Sequence record: LC768500.1
Length of the DNA: 64,000 nt
Direction: 5' to 3' (one strand)
In this document: piece after piece, positions 40,005 to 49,850 of the stretch
How positions within the stretch are numbered: position 1 is the first letter of the stretch
Layout of the letters: each line of letters opens with the position of its first letter
Position numbers and translations under genes: made by a program
The notes under the pieces: generated by a model
Seen by the model: only the letters and a program-made list of their open reading frames with translations
What the model was told of the DNA's origin: nothing
The model's database searches: none

Positions 40005-43000
40005 ATGATCATTTTAGATGAAACCATTCCTCCTAATGGTCAAGAGGATGAGCGCTTCGGTCTTTTACTTTACGCGTTAACTGACTACGGGATTAAAAGG
40101 GAGTTACAGCACGTCGCCAGTGTGGCGGTGTTGACCGATAAAGTTGCCGAAGCGAATGCTAAGATGACATCGGTCAGCTCAGCGGTAAACGATGCTCTTG
40201 ACGCCCACATTGCGACAAAAGGACCTATCCATGGAGAGACCAAGGAAACGATAGGTCTGGGTCTTGTTGACAATTTACGGACGGCTACGTTAGAAGAACA
40301 TGTTGACGGTAGCGACGACCTGTTCTGTACTCCTGCTGGAGTAAAATACGCGGCTCAGTTTTTGGTTGAACCTGATTACACCGGATTCATCCCGCAGACC
40401 GTACTCCCTATTGCTTATTTCAAAAGACTGACTGGGGATCTGAGTATTAACTCAACCTCGTTTAGTCCATGGACTCAGAGTAACAAGAAAGGTAACCTGT
40501 ACATCACAGACGGTGCTTATTACGTCAGCCTGTTAAGTAAGAATGGCGGTGGAGTCAACTACCTGAGTGATCTTTTAACATCAAGGGATTTGATGTACTT
40601 CACACCTAGTGGTGGGACGACAGTACCTAAACTGGCATACGGCTGGAACGCTAAGACGGGATACCAAATCCTGAGTGATGGTTCTAAACAGCTTACCTTC
40701 TTCGATTACACTCACAATGGTACTGGTGGGGAGTTCGCTCTTAATTTTTCGGGGTCTGTAACAGGTGACTATCTGTCGACCTTATTCGATCCTTTACTCG
40801 ACACGTCTTCTTTAATAGGCGGGCTGCGCTTAACTCAGGCTGGATTAAATGTCACTCTGACGACTATTACCCAGCCAGATGAGTCGGTCGCAACGCTACT
40901 GGTGGACAACACTACCGGTTTCAGTTTTAATGCCACAGGACCGAAGGGAACGGTTAGAACAGGGACGATTAATAACCTCATTCCTTTAGCCGACTTCATC
41001 ACGGTAACGGACGCTACGGCGGTTACAATTGACCCGACCTACACAGCCATTGACCAAACCCATGGTTATGGGAATATGGAATGGGAGGTTAAGGGGAAAT
41101 CTGCGATCCTTTACACCGATGCTATCCTGAGGACAACATTCCAGGGAGTCGTTAAGAAGATCGTCGCCAGAATAGCGTTAAGGTTGACGATAAGTGGGTC
41201 CACTTACACGATCACTCCCTTGTCTCAAGTGAGTATGGCGACGATAACTGCTGGCGCTATTGCTGTATCTGGGAACATCCTTTTTGAAGAAGAAATTGAT
41301 AACGCTTTACACCCCGTTTACGGAAAAGGTCCGTTCTTAAGCGAGGGTGGGCACGCCACATCAATGGCTTCCAACCAAAGCTTCTTCTTAAGGGCGTTTA
41401 CCCACAATCTAACTAACCTCGTTGACCTGGCTAAAAACTATCACGAAACCCTTTCTCTTTCTGGGGAGTATACAAAGGAATATCCGGGTAGTTTTGCGGC
41501 TCCGATAGGGGTGAACATTAAACGCTTCATACCGTTTAATAGTACTGCTTCGGGGTTAAAGGTTTTAACCTATCCGATGGCCAATACCTCAGAAGACTAC
41601 TACGGGGTATTAAGTTGGGATAGCCCTCAGATTCTCCAGTCGTCTAAGAACAAGCCGCTGTATTATCGGTTCAAGCAGGCGGGCTCTTTAACCAACTTTA
41701 CATTAAGCTCTACCATACCGACCAGGCTGATTGTTAACTCCGGTGCTGATGGCAGTGTTACTGTGAGGGGGCTGAGTTTCTTACGCAGCGATTATACTGC
41801 CGGTACGGGTAAACTGGTCATTACGGAGAATGAGGTTAAAGCGTCGGAAACTTGGGCGTTGGACGCCGACTCCATTACCACAATGGAATCTATCTTGTCG
41901 ACGTTCTCCACCAGAAGTCACACAGCGTACACTTCTGCCGGCGTGGCGTACGACGCAACTAAACAGTCAATGAGCTGGTCTGTTGGGATTTTGACGACCT
42001 CTGACGACATTACCGCAGTAACAAGATGTGTTGTGTTATTATCAGATGGTTGCGGTTATGTGGGGTGTCAAATCGTTCCTACGACGCCTAATAGCGGAAC
42101 AAGAACGTTTACCATCAACAGAGCGTCATTGGGTACACTGACATCCATGACCTTTGGGATGGCTGCTGTTCCTGATTTTAGTGCGGCCGAATATCTGACC
42201 CCGCCAGCGTACAACGACATAATGGTATTAACTCGTTCCGATAATTCGTTAGAGATCGCATTTAATAACGCGTTTAAAACGAAGTACGGGATGGCGTCAT
42301 TCTTATATTCCGGAACAACACTGACGCTGGATAAAATAGAAAATCCAAGAGTCAGTGTAGGGAATTTCCCCATCGTCGGGAAACGCGGCTGTTGCCCTAT
42401 CAGCGTTCCTTACTACGGTATTTTCAGGATGACGGATAACGAGGAGGAGTTTTTCAACGCCAACCTCAATCGTTATCTTAACCAGTATGGTGATTTAACG
42501 GACGACGTAGTCACTATGGGGGGTTCGGATTATCACCTAATCAGAATCCCTGCCGGGACCAAAGTGTTCTTGGATGGTCGAGAATTCCAAATGATCTCCG
42601 GTTTAGTCGTCTACGCTCAGGTAGGAGTGACGTCGTATATTTATCTCACAGCGGCGGCCGATAACGTAATGGCTGAGGCCAGAACCGTAAAATCAGAACC
42701 TGCTGTTGATGAAATCATTTACGCAGTAATGGATGAAGCGGGGAATCTCGTTATCAATGACACGTACACGGTCATCGACGGATTCGCAGTGTCCTACACT
42801 CGTCAGGGTAGTTCTATCCCGTATACCACGGGTTACCCTATGGATCTTGGCGAAACGCTCTTCTTTAAAACAACCTTCGGGGATCCAGATCTCGATGTAA
42901 TCATGAACTCTACCATGCCAGAGTTTGGCGGGATGGAGTACATGCCTGATCTTGATGAGGAGATCAACGACATCATTCCTTCTTGGGATAATCTCGAAGA

Positions 43001-43220
43001 TCAAGCCATGGACCTCATGATGAACCAGATTCTCCCAGAGGATATTGGAACATTGGAGGAAAATATCGATGAGCGCATCAACGAAATTCAACCTGAGTAC
43101 GTCGAAGACTACAGAGATTCCAACGACATCATTGTTAACCAATTGATGCCGGAAATAGGTATGTCTCGATTTGTATTGACGGATTATATCGTTAACCAGA
43201 TCTTACCTGATTCGGAATAA
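40005..43220 (+). CDS. large tail-fibre protein, paralog C, with C-terminal repeat extension
   Basis: HGETKETIGLGLVDN motif; C-terminal domain (RQGSSIPYTTG) homologous to A and B, followed by six 19-aa repeats. Confidence 0.8.
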   Translation: MIILDETIPPNGQEDERFGLLLYALTDYGIKRELQHVASVAVLTDKVAEANAKMTSVSSAVNDALDAHIATKGPIHGETKETIGLGLVDNLRTATLEEHVDGSDDLFCTPAGVKYAAQFLVEPDYTGFIPQTVLPIAYFKRLTGDLSINSTSFSPWTQSNKKGNLYITDGAYYVSLLSKNGGGVNYLSDLLTSRDLMYFTPSGGTTVPKLAYGWNAKTGYQILSDGSKQLTFFDYTHNGTGGEFALNFSGSVTGDYLSTLFDPLLDTSSLIGGLRLTQAGLNVTLTTITQPDESVATLLVDNTTGFSFNATGPKGTVRTGTINNLIPLADFITVTDATAVTIDPTYTAIDQTHGYGNMEWEVKGKSAILYTDAILRTTFQGVVKKIVARIALRLTISGSTYTITPLSQVSMATITAGAIAVSGNILFEEEIDNALHPVYGKGPFLSEGGHATSMASNQSFFLRAFTHNLTNLVDLAKNYHETLSLSGEYTKEYPGSFAAPIGVNIKRFIPFNSTASGLKVLTYPMANTSEDYYGVLSWDSPQILQSSKNKPLYYRFKQAGSLTNFTLSSTIPTRLIVNSGADGSVTVRGLSFLRSDYTAGTGKLVITENEVKASETWALDADSITTMESILSTFSTRSHTAYTSAGVAYDATKQSMSWSVGILTTSDDITAVTRCVVLLSDGCGYVGCQIVPTTPNSGTRTFTINRASLGTLTSMTFGMAAVPDFSAAEYLTPPAYNDIMVLTRSDNSLEIAFNNAFKTKYGMASFLYSGTTLTLDKIENPRVSVGNFPIVGKRGCCPISVPYYGIFRMTDNEEEFFNANLNRYLNQYGDLTDDVVTMGGSDYHLIRIPAGTKVFLDGREFQMISGLVVYAQVGVTSYIYLTAAADNVMAEARTVKSEPAVDEIIYAVMDEAGNLVINDTYTVIDGFAVSYTRQGSSIPYTTGYPMDLGETLFFKTTFGDPDLDVIMNSTMPEFGGMEYMPDLDEEINDIIPSWDNLEDQAMDLMMNQILPEDIGTLEENIDERINEIQPEYVEDYRDSNDIIVNQLMPEIGMSRFVLTDYIVNQILPDSE
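42894..43217 (+). repeat. six tandem ~19-aa protein repeats D-x-x-[IMV]-N-x-[ILT]-[ILMQ]-P-[EDS]
   Basis: conserved Asn at offsets 5, 25, 44, 63, 82, 101 of the last 108 aa; Asp at -4 and Pro at +4 in all six copies. Confidence 0.85.
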
Positions 43221-43224
43221 CGTT

Positions 43225-43260
43225 TATAGCGGAGAGGGGCGTGAGCCCCTCTCCGCTATA
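43225..43260. terminator. bidirectional terminator
   Basis: TATAGCGGAGAGGGGC-gtga-GCCCCTCTCCGCTATA, 16-bp stem between converging genes. Confidence 0.85.
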
Positions 43261-43267
43261 TTTATTG

Positions 43268-44254
43268 TTAACCGCCGCCAACCGGCATACCACCTGTACC
43301 GCTGCCACCTGAATTGCTATGACGATGTTTCAATAGGGATACCGCACCACCCCCTGCTGTAACATCACCTTTGGCATTTATAGATTCTTCTGCGTTAATG
43401 GTTCCTGAACACTGCATGGTTCCATCACCGCCTTCACCCGCAATTGTGGTAATGTTACCCGCCACACCCAGGTTACCAATAACTGATGTGTTAGCCTTTA
43501 TATTCACTCCTTCTGGAGCAACGACGTTGACGTCTTGCGCACTAACCAGCATTTGTTTGCAGATTATGCTTAATAGTTTATCGGCACTAATTCCAAATGT
43601 GTCCGCGCACTTAATTAAGATGTTCATCTTAGCCAGTGTAATTTCTGACCCATCCTGATTTCGTACGCTCGTGGTGTGCGACATCGAATCGGTAGCGATG
43701 ATGTTGCCTTCACCATCCCCAAGGAGAACGGTCCCTGCTTGGGCGTCTACTTGGAATTGATATTTGGTCTTCTCTCCGTTAGCTTGGGATGTCATAAACC
43801 CAACTTTACCCGTGTGGGTGGAGATCTCAAACGTGTAATAGTTATCCAGAGAGAATTCAGCATTCTCGTCTAAATTAGGATTGGCGGAAAATCCCCAAAC
43901 CACTGTCTCCAGTCGTTTAGTCTTCGTATCGACCCCATGGAGTGTCCAGAGTAATTGATCTGAATCCCCATACCGATATATGGCAACTGGTGTCCCTTCT
44001 CTGACATCCGGAGCCGTCATTCGGTTACCGCCGTCACCCATCCACTTAGCCGTCACTGAGTTAGATCCCAAAACCTGAGAAGTTTTGTTAGTTCCGTCGG
44101 CTGTTTGCGATGTTTGAACAGAGGTTTGGGCTGTGGCGACTTCCCTACCATCAGCCATCATGTTATACGATGGAAGGGAAACGGTAATTTCTTTTGAGTC
44201 AGTTTGTTTAGTCGATGTTACCGTTCCGACACCTAAACAATTCAGTAAATTCAT
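43268..44254 (-). CDS. baseplate central spike (gpV/gp138-like)
   Basis: N-terminal OB-like region (APDVREGTPVAIYRYGD), beta-repeat C-terminus, HxH metal-binding tip LLKHRHS. Confidence 0.8.
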   Translation of the reverse strand: MNLLNCLGVGTVTSTKQTDSKEITVSLPSYNMMADGREVATAQTSVQTSQTADGTNKTSQVLGSNSVTAKWMGDGGNRMTAPDVREGTPVAIYRYGDSDQLLWTLHGVDTKTKRLETVVWGFSANPNLDENAEFSLDNYYTFEISTHTGKVGFMTSQANGEKTKYQFQVDAQAGTVLLGDGEGNIIATDSMSHTTSVRNQDGSEITLAKMNILIKCADTFGISADKLLSIICKQMLVSAQDVNVVAPEGVNIKANTSVIGNLGVAGNITTIAGEGGDGTMQCSGTINAEESINAKGDVTAGGGAVSLLKHRHSNSGGSGTGGMPVGGG

Positions 44255-44304
44255 ACCCTGTCCCTTTATTTATAAGACTTTGTCATTTAAAAAATGGTTA
44301 CTAT

Positions 44305-46779
44305 ATGATCGTTAAGCTGATATTAAAAGGTTACATTCCTTTGAACACCAAAGGAGTAGAATATTTTGAGACGGATCAATTGGGCTTAATGAATATCCTG
44401 ATTGGACGCAATGGGCATGGGAAGAGTTCCATACTCAACGAGGCGTCGCCGATGCCTCCTGAAAACGCCGACTATGTAGAAGACGGCTATAAATACGTCG
44501 AAATAATTAATAAGGGAAAACGGTATTATTTGGAATCTTTCACGGGATCAAAAAGCAAACACTCGTTTAAAGATTCAGAAGGTAACGAACTCAACTCAGG
44601 CGGTACCCAAGCGGTACAAAAAGAACTGGTCAAACAGTATTTTGACCTCACTCCGTTGTACTTTAAAGTTCTTACCGCAATCAATGAAAACTATCGTTTC
44701 ACAGCACTAGGCGTGGCGGAAAGAAAGTTCCTCTTAATGGACCTCTACCCTAACGATACCAAATACGCGCTGATTGTCTATAACAAAATCAAATCAGCGT
44801 ATAGCGATACCGTAGGGGCGTTAAAGAACCAAAGTCAGAGATTGATTGAGGAACAGCAACGCGTAAGTGCTTTAGGAGGAAAAACCAAAGAAGAACTCCT
44901 CCACGATATCTCTCAGCTCGATAAACGTATTAACGAAATCGTTTACCTGCAAGGCGAACTCAACGGAACAGCTAACGTTAGTGGCGATCTTCGTTTAGAA
45001 ATTGAGGATTTCAATAGTAAAGTAAAATCCTTGCTCGTGATGGGGATGACCACAGGGACGCTGTCACGTCAACAGTTAATAGCGAGCATTGAGAGTTTAA
45101 AAGCTTCGTTGGTTTATCACGAAACCCAGCAGAAGATGTATCAGACGCAACTGAATGATATTTCCTCTGCGATGAGCGGACTGGAGTTGAAAGACCACGA
45201 CCCTAAACAATTTGAAACACAACTGTTGGATCTCGAGTATCGTCATGCCGTACTCGAAACAGTATTGAACGACTCGGAAGAACTCATCAAACGAGAACCG
45301 TTTATATCTGAACACCGGGAACGGCTAATTAACCTCGCTCCTGGTTTTAGAACCTTGATAGATCGGATAAACTTAATCCCCCTTTGTTCTAATCCAGAGT
45401 TAACCACGAGCCAGTACCAAAACTGGTTAGACAAGTCCGAACAGATTTTTAACGAAGGTAAACAATCCAGGGTTGAGTTGGAACACGTCCAACATCAACT
45501 CAAACATTATCGTGATGCTTCAGAAGTCCAGTGTCCTGAATGCTCTTCTCAGTTTAAACCTGGGTTCGATAAGACCTACGAATCTAAATTGATTAAACAG
45601 GAAGATGGATTAAAATCGACCATCGCTCACCTAACGAGTAAGTATAAGCAATACAAACAAACCCTCGCTTTGGATCAAGAATGGTTCAGTCAAATGAGGG
45701 CTTTGGAACAGTACGTAGAAAGCAGTCATGAAGCGAAATTCTTGCTTCATCTGTTAAGCGAGTATAAGGTAGGTTATGAACCAGCCGATAGGCTCATAAA
45801 CATCATTAAAACGCTCGCTACGACGCTGGATTATAAGAAACAACAGGATGCCTTGACCGAAGAAATAAACGTCTTAAAAACCCGTATAAACGTGTTTAAA
45901 ACGAATAATATGGAAGAGGCTCTGGCCGCGTACTCACTCAGCGAAGAAAGGCTGGGTGATAGTAATCGTGCAATTCGTCGTTGTATGGCATTGTTGAGGG
46001 AACACCAGAAGACCTTAAAGGATTATGACGCTTACGAAATAACGATTGACGCGATCAGAGAAGGGCAAGCAAGAATCCTCGACTTATTACGGGATGAGGG
46101 TAAGGTAAGTTTGCATAGGAGACTCAACGAAGTAATGTCAAGTCTTCTCCCTCAGAAAGATGAAGTCATGTCTCTGATGATCAGACAGGAGTCGTTAAAG
46201 ACTCTGGTCGAGTCTATCGAAGATAACATCGCGAACCTTAAGAAAAGACAATCTGATCTTAAGATCTTGATGGACGGACTCTGCCCTAAGAAAGGATACA
46301 TCGGGGAATTGATGAAGGACTTTATTACCGCAATTTGTGCGAATATGAATGCGGTAATACGGGACATATGGAGCACGCCTCTCTTTGTTAAACCGTGTGT
46401 TAATAAGAAAGGTGAAATGGATTATAACTTCCCAGTTATTAATGGCGACTCTAGCAGAACAGCTTCTGACGTGGCTAAATGTAGCGGGGGAGAAAAGGAG
46501 ATTATTAACTTCGCATTTCGGTTAGTTGTCTCTCGGTACGTGAAATACGACAGCCCTCTTTTCTTGGACGAGGTTGGCGTTAACATGGACGAATACCACC
46601 GTGGTCGCTTCTTTGATTATGTCAAACGACTGATGGCGACGGGTAAGATCGATCAATGTTTTATGATCAGTCATTACTCTTCACAATACGGACTTATGGA
46701 CAACGCTAACATTATTGCTTTAAATACAGAAGGTTTAACGGTTCCCCCTAACGTCAATCTCAGTACAACGATAAGGTAA
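44305..46779 (+). CDS. sbcC: SbcC/Rad50-like SMC ATPase
   Basis: Walker A GRNGHGKS, zinc hook CPEC, signature CSGGE, Walker B LFLDE; start moved to ATG 44305. Confidence 0.9.
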   Translation: MIVKLILKGYIPLNTKGVEYFETDQLGLMNILIGRNGHGKSSILNEASPMPPENADYVEDGYKYVEIINKGKRYYLESFTGSKSKHSFKDSEGNELNSGGTQAVQKELVKQYFDLTPLYFKVLTAINENYRFTALGVAERKFLLMDLYPNDTKYALIVYNKIKSAYSDTVGALKNQSQRLIEEQQRVSALGGKTKEELLHDISQLDKRINEIVYLQGELNGTANVSGDLRLEIEDFNSKVKSLLVMGMTTGTLSRQQLIASIESLKASLVYHETQQKMYQTQLNDISSAMSGLELKDHDPKQFETQLLDLEYRHAVLETVLNDSEELIKREPFISEHRERLINLAPGFRTLIDRINLIPLCSNPELTTSQYQNWLDKSEQIFNEGKQSRVELEHVQHQLKHYRDASEVQCPECSSQFKPGFDKTYESKLIKQEDGLKSTIAHLTSKYKQYKQTLALDQEWFSQMRALEQYVESSHEAKFLLHLLSEYKVGYEPADRLINIIKTLATTLDYKKQQDALTEEINVLKTRINVFKTNNMEEALAAYSLSEERLGDSNRAIRRCMALLREHQKTLKDYDAYEITIDAIREGQARILDLLRDEGKVSLHRRLNEVMSSLLPQKDEVMSLMIRQESLKTLVESIEDNIANLKKRQSDLKILMDGLCPKKGYIGELMKDFITAICANMNAVIRDIWSTPLFVKPCVNKKGEMDYNFPVINGDSSRTASDVAKCSGGEKEIINFAFRLVVSRYVKYDSPLFLDEVGVNMDEYHRGRFFDYVKRLMATGKIDQCFMISHYSSQYGLMDNANIIALNTEGLTVPPNVNLSTTIR

Positions 46780-46783
46780 TACC

Positions 46784-47068
46784 ATGTTGACCTTTACTAC
46801 CACGGTGCGTAATAAAGCCGACAAGCTCGCAGCGGAACTCGATAAGGTTATCAGTAACTCATCGATAAACACCCGTAAAGCGACTTGGTTATTGCGTTAC
46901 GCCAATGTCATTAACTACGCAAACGTCAATGGATTAAAATTAGTTGAATTCAATACCAGAGCCGAAACTATTCGCAAATGGATAGCCACAGGACATGTTT
47001 TCTTTGAGGGTAACAAAGCCATCTCTCTTGAAGAAATCGGTATGGATTTCAACTCCGGCCGCCGGTAA
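46784..47068 (+). CDS. hypothetical protein
   Basis: 94 aa, AAGGT RBS, 4 nt after sbcC. Confidence 0.6.
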   Translation: MLTFTTTVRNKADKLAAELDKVISNSSINTRKATWLLRYANVINYANVNGLKLVEFNTRAETIRKWIATGHVFFEGNKAISLEEIGMDFNSGRR

Positions 47069-47070
47069 AA

Positions 47071-47089
47071 TAAGACAGATCTATATCAT
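47071..47089 (+). promoter_or_regulatory. putative phage early promoter
   Basis: TAAGACAGATC-TATATCAT; core matches the other copies, upstream T tract weaker. Confidence 0.5.
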
Positions 47090-47101
47090 ATTTAGAGAAC
47101 C

Positions 47102-47142
47102 GTGAAGGGTGTCTCATTTTCTCTTACACCCTTCACTTTTTT
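47102..47142 (+). promoter_or_regulatory. leader hairpin plus T6 (attenuator/terminator-like) ahead of the lytic transglycosylase gene
   Basis: GTGAAGGGTGT-13 nt-ACACCCTTCAC, perfect 11-bp stem, then TTTTTT just before the GAGGA RBS. Confidence 0.6.
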
Positions 47143-47161
47143 ACTACGAGGAAATGAAAAA

Positions 47162-47830
47162 ATGAAGACCGTTTTTGGTTTAATGTTCGTTCTTATCATG
47201 GGGATAAGCAATGCACTCGCATCCGTGAGTTCGTCTCAATCAGACTATCACTACTTTAATAAACAGAAAGGTTATATTTTTGAAGCGTCTAAACTAACAG
47301 GGGTTTCTCCTGAATTAGTCACAGCCATAGGGTCCATCGAAAGTGGATTAGGTCGTAATAAGGTCAACAAATATTCTAAAGTCAAAGGTGTGATGCAAAC
47401 CACCAAGCGGACTTATAACTCTAACCTCAAGAAACACCACGAAAGACTTGGGTTATCTCCTAACGCTTCTATCAAAAACGATAGAGCAAATATCTTAGTT
47501 GCTACCGCAGCATTAGCAGATAACAAACGTTACTTAGAGAAAGTCACGAATAAAAAAATCACAGATGGGGATGTGTTCATTTCCCATCTGGTAGGTTTAG
47601 GTGGTGCAGCTAAAATAATTAAAGGTAAACCTAACGCCCCTATAAGCCGTTATATCACGCTTCATAAAGGGAACATGCGACTCTATACTGACAAAGGACG
47701 GGTATTGACCGTGGCGCAGTTTAGGAGGAGTATGGATCGGTTGGTAAAGAAAGAAAGCGCGAAGTATGCCGTGGTTATCAATCAGAACAAGTTGGATCGT
47801 TTGATAACAGCTGTCGCGTATAATCAATAA
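47162..47830 (+). CDS. lytic transglycosylase (SLT/lysozyme-like, phiKZ gp144 catalytic type) with signal peptide
   Basis: AIGSIESG (catalytic Glu), KGVMQ, ANIL and HLVGLGGA motifs; start moved to ATG 47162 giving signal peptide MKTVFGLMFVLIMGISNALA. Confidence 0.85.
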   Translation: MKTVFGLMFVLIMGISNALASVSSSQSDYHYFNKQKGYIFEASKLTGVSPELVTAIGSIESGLGRNKVNKYSKVKGVMQTTKRTYNSNLKKHHERLGLSPNASIKNDRANILVATAALADNKRYLEKVTNKKITDGDVFISHLVGLGGAAKIIKGKPNAPISRYITLHKGNMRLYTDKGRVLTVAQFRRSMDRLVKKESAKYAVVINQNKLDRLITAVAYNQ

Positions 47831-47920
47831 ATTTCCACCGATCGAATCCTTTATATAGGAGGATGTTTACTGTGGGTTGAGCGTGGTAACTTAACCCACT
47901 CTTTTTAAAGAGGCAGTATT

Positions 47921-48178
47921 GTGAACAAGACAATGCAATTTTCCCTTAACGACAAAGGGGTTTTAGTGCAAGACGACAACGGTAACATTCCCGTTCAAAT
48001 TATTGAAAATCAGACTGAGGACGGGCGTAAAACAGCCGCTATCGTATTCGGTGGAGAAACCCAAGGTTTCGCTTGTTTCGATTCTAATCAGAATAAACCG
48101 ATAAGCGTAATCCCCTCCAAACCGTTTCAAGATCCAAATCTCGATGAATCGCTGTACAATATTTGTAAAGCCATCTGA
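47921..48178 (+). CDS. hypothetical protein
   Basis: 85 aa, GAGG RBS, GTG start, followed by a terminator. Confidence 0.6.
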   Translation: MNKTMQFSLNDKGVLVQDDNGNIPVQIIENQTEDGRKTAAIVFGGETQGFACFDSNQNKPISVIPSKPFQDPNLDESLYNICKAI

Positions 48179-48182
48179 TTTA

Positions 48183-48207
48183 ATAGGGGAGGTTCTTCCT
48201 CCCCTAT
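48183..48207 (+). terminator. stem-loop / putative terminator
   Basis: ATAGGGGAGG-ttctt-CCTCCCCTAT. Confidence 0.6.
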
Positions 48208-48237
48208 CCCTTATACCGCATTTTCGGAATTCTAAGA

Positions 48238-48648
48238 ATGAATAAAAATGAAATTATTGACCTCCGTTTTGGTCGCAGCGAATTCAAAGTCAATGGGTAT
48301 TTCGTAGCCTTTACCGCCGGGATGACTAAGCAATTCGGTAGGGTTGTTAAAATCGAATTTAAAATTAAAAACTCTGCCTCTCGTTTTAGGCTGATCGCTC
48401 ACGCATTGACGGTTATTGAAGAAACCGATCTCATTCTTTTGCATGGCGGAGATTCAAATATTATGGAATTTGTGCTCGACGCCTGTGAGCAAAGCAAGAG
48501 TATTGTTGAATACGGCGGTGAGCAGTTCGAAGCCTTTAATGTTTTGGAACGTGCCATCAAAGAAGACCCCGTTAATTGGGAACGGATGTTAAGTAAAGTG
48601 CAGTCGTCCTTGTTAACTAATAGTCCTTTGAGACAACATTATCACTGA
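48238..48648 (+). CDS. hypothetical protein
   Basis: 136-aa ORF in a co-directional run. Confidence 0.55.
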   Translation: MNKNEIIDLRFGRSEFKVNGYFVAFTAGMTKQFGRVVKIEFKIKNSASRFRLIAHALTVIEETDLILLHGGDSNIMEFVLDACEQSKSIVEYGGEQFEAFNVLERAIKEDPVNWERMLSKVQSSLLTNSPLRQHYH

Positions 48649-48667
48649 CTTTAGATGGGAGTGTGCT

Positions 48668-49138
48668 ATGGATACGACGGTTGCTTCAGAGATACCATTA
48701 GATCAGACCCCTCAGTACGCAGACGATGTAGAGTGCACGGATGCGTATATTTTTGAAACCGACGAAGACGGAATAGGGTTAGAGCTAGCGTTGTTCTCAC
48801 CCTTACCTGATAGCTTTACTCCCGTATTAAGAATGGCTCTGGTCAAGTTGGATACCGCTATGCCTATTGACGGTATAGAGGGTTTATACCGGGATCTTGA
48901 CCAGACATTTGTAAACAATTACATGACAGGGTATCTGGAAGATGATTTCGAACGCTTCTTTATCCATTTAGCAGAGCATCTGGAAAGACATGGTGGGGAT
49001 ACCCACCCGGCGATGATTGCGACAATTGAACAGATAGCCTGCATGACTGAGATCTACGAGCTAAAGGATTTCAGAGAGTTCATTTACGGCGTGACCGTTA
49101 TGGTCAAACTCTTTAATCCAGAACCCACCATCCACTAA
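48668..49138 (+). CDS. hypothetical acidic protein
   Basis: 156 aa, GGGAG RBS. Confidence 0.6.
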   Translation: MDTTVASEIPLDQTPQYADDVECTDAYIFETDEDGIGLELALFSPLPDSFTPVLRMALVKLDTAMPIDGIEGLYRDLDQTFVNNYMTGYLEDDFERFFIHLAEHLERHGGDTHPAMIATIEQIACMTEIYELKDFREFIYGVTVMVKLFNPEPTIH

Positions 49139-49146
49139 AGGTTTTT

Positions 49147-49773
49147 ATGGACACCAAATCCCCGGATTTTTATTTTGATCTAGACGACACCCTGACCGGC
49201 ACCAACCCTTATTTATATCGCCGCGCTAAAACGTTTACTAAGCTGAATGGAGAACATGACGTTCACGACGTTCTCGTTCAATCAGAAAAGAATGGATTAA
49301 CGACCCTACAACTACCTAAACCAATAGGTGATTACATTTTTACCCACTTCCTGGAAGACGGTAACTTTATGTTATCGGTTAACCGGTCTCCGTTATTAGA
49401 AGGGAATCTGGACGCTTTTATTTGCTTGCTTAAAACGATAAGAGCCAAAGGTGGGAAGGTAGGTGTTTGTACTCATCGCGGGTTTCATCCCAAAGCCAAG
49501 TCCTACTCCGAATATTGGCTGGACGTCAATATTGGAATGAAACATTTTGACGAAGTCCATGTCCTCGACCCCAAGGTTCATCCTGATAAGTTGAAGTACC
49601 TCGAGACACAGTCAGAATCCTTTAAGTTGGTTGACGATAATCCGTTCCATGATTTGAACAAAGTTCATGCCAGAGATAATCGAATCTTGCATTATAACGG
49701 GATTTCCGATTACTCGGGTTACCGCTTTCAACGCAAAGTCAAATCCGTTTCTGATATCATGCAATTGCTTTAA
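49147..49773 (+). CDS. HAD-superfamily hydrolase (5'-nucleotidase-like)
   Basis: motif I FDLDDTL, motif II CTHRG, motif III K (PDK), motif IV LVDDNP. Confidence 0.8.
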   Translation: MDTKSPDFYFDLDDTLTGTNPYLYRRAKTFTKLNGEHDVHDVLVQSEKNGLTTLQLPKPIGDYIFTHFLEDGNFMLSVNRSPLLEGNLDAFICLLKTIRAKGGKVGVCTHRGFHPKAKSYSEYWLDVNIGMKHFDEVHVLDPKVHPDKLKYLETQSESFKLVDDNPFHDLNKVHARDNRILHYNGISDYSGYRFQRKVKSVSDIMQLL

Positions 49774-49787
49774 ATTTAAACGACACC

Positions 49788-49817
49788 TACTATCTCTTGG
49801 GAAACCAAGAGATAGTA
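49788..49817 (+). terminator. intrinsic terminator
   Basis: TACTATCTCTTGG-gaaa-CCAAGAGATAGTA, 13 bp with GNRA loop, T tract downstream. Confidence 0.75.
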
Positions 49818-49850
49818 AAACCACTTTTTTGCATTTAGGAAATTTTTACC

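Noticed and set aside
44305-46779. sbcC without adjacent sbcD as an anomaly
   Set aside because: In phiKZ-like phages the nuclease partner is normally encoded elsewhere in the genome, so this is ordinary for the group.
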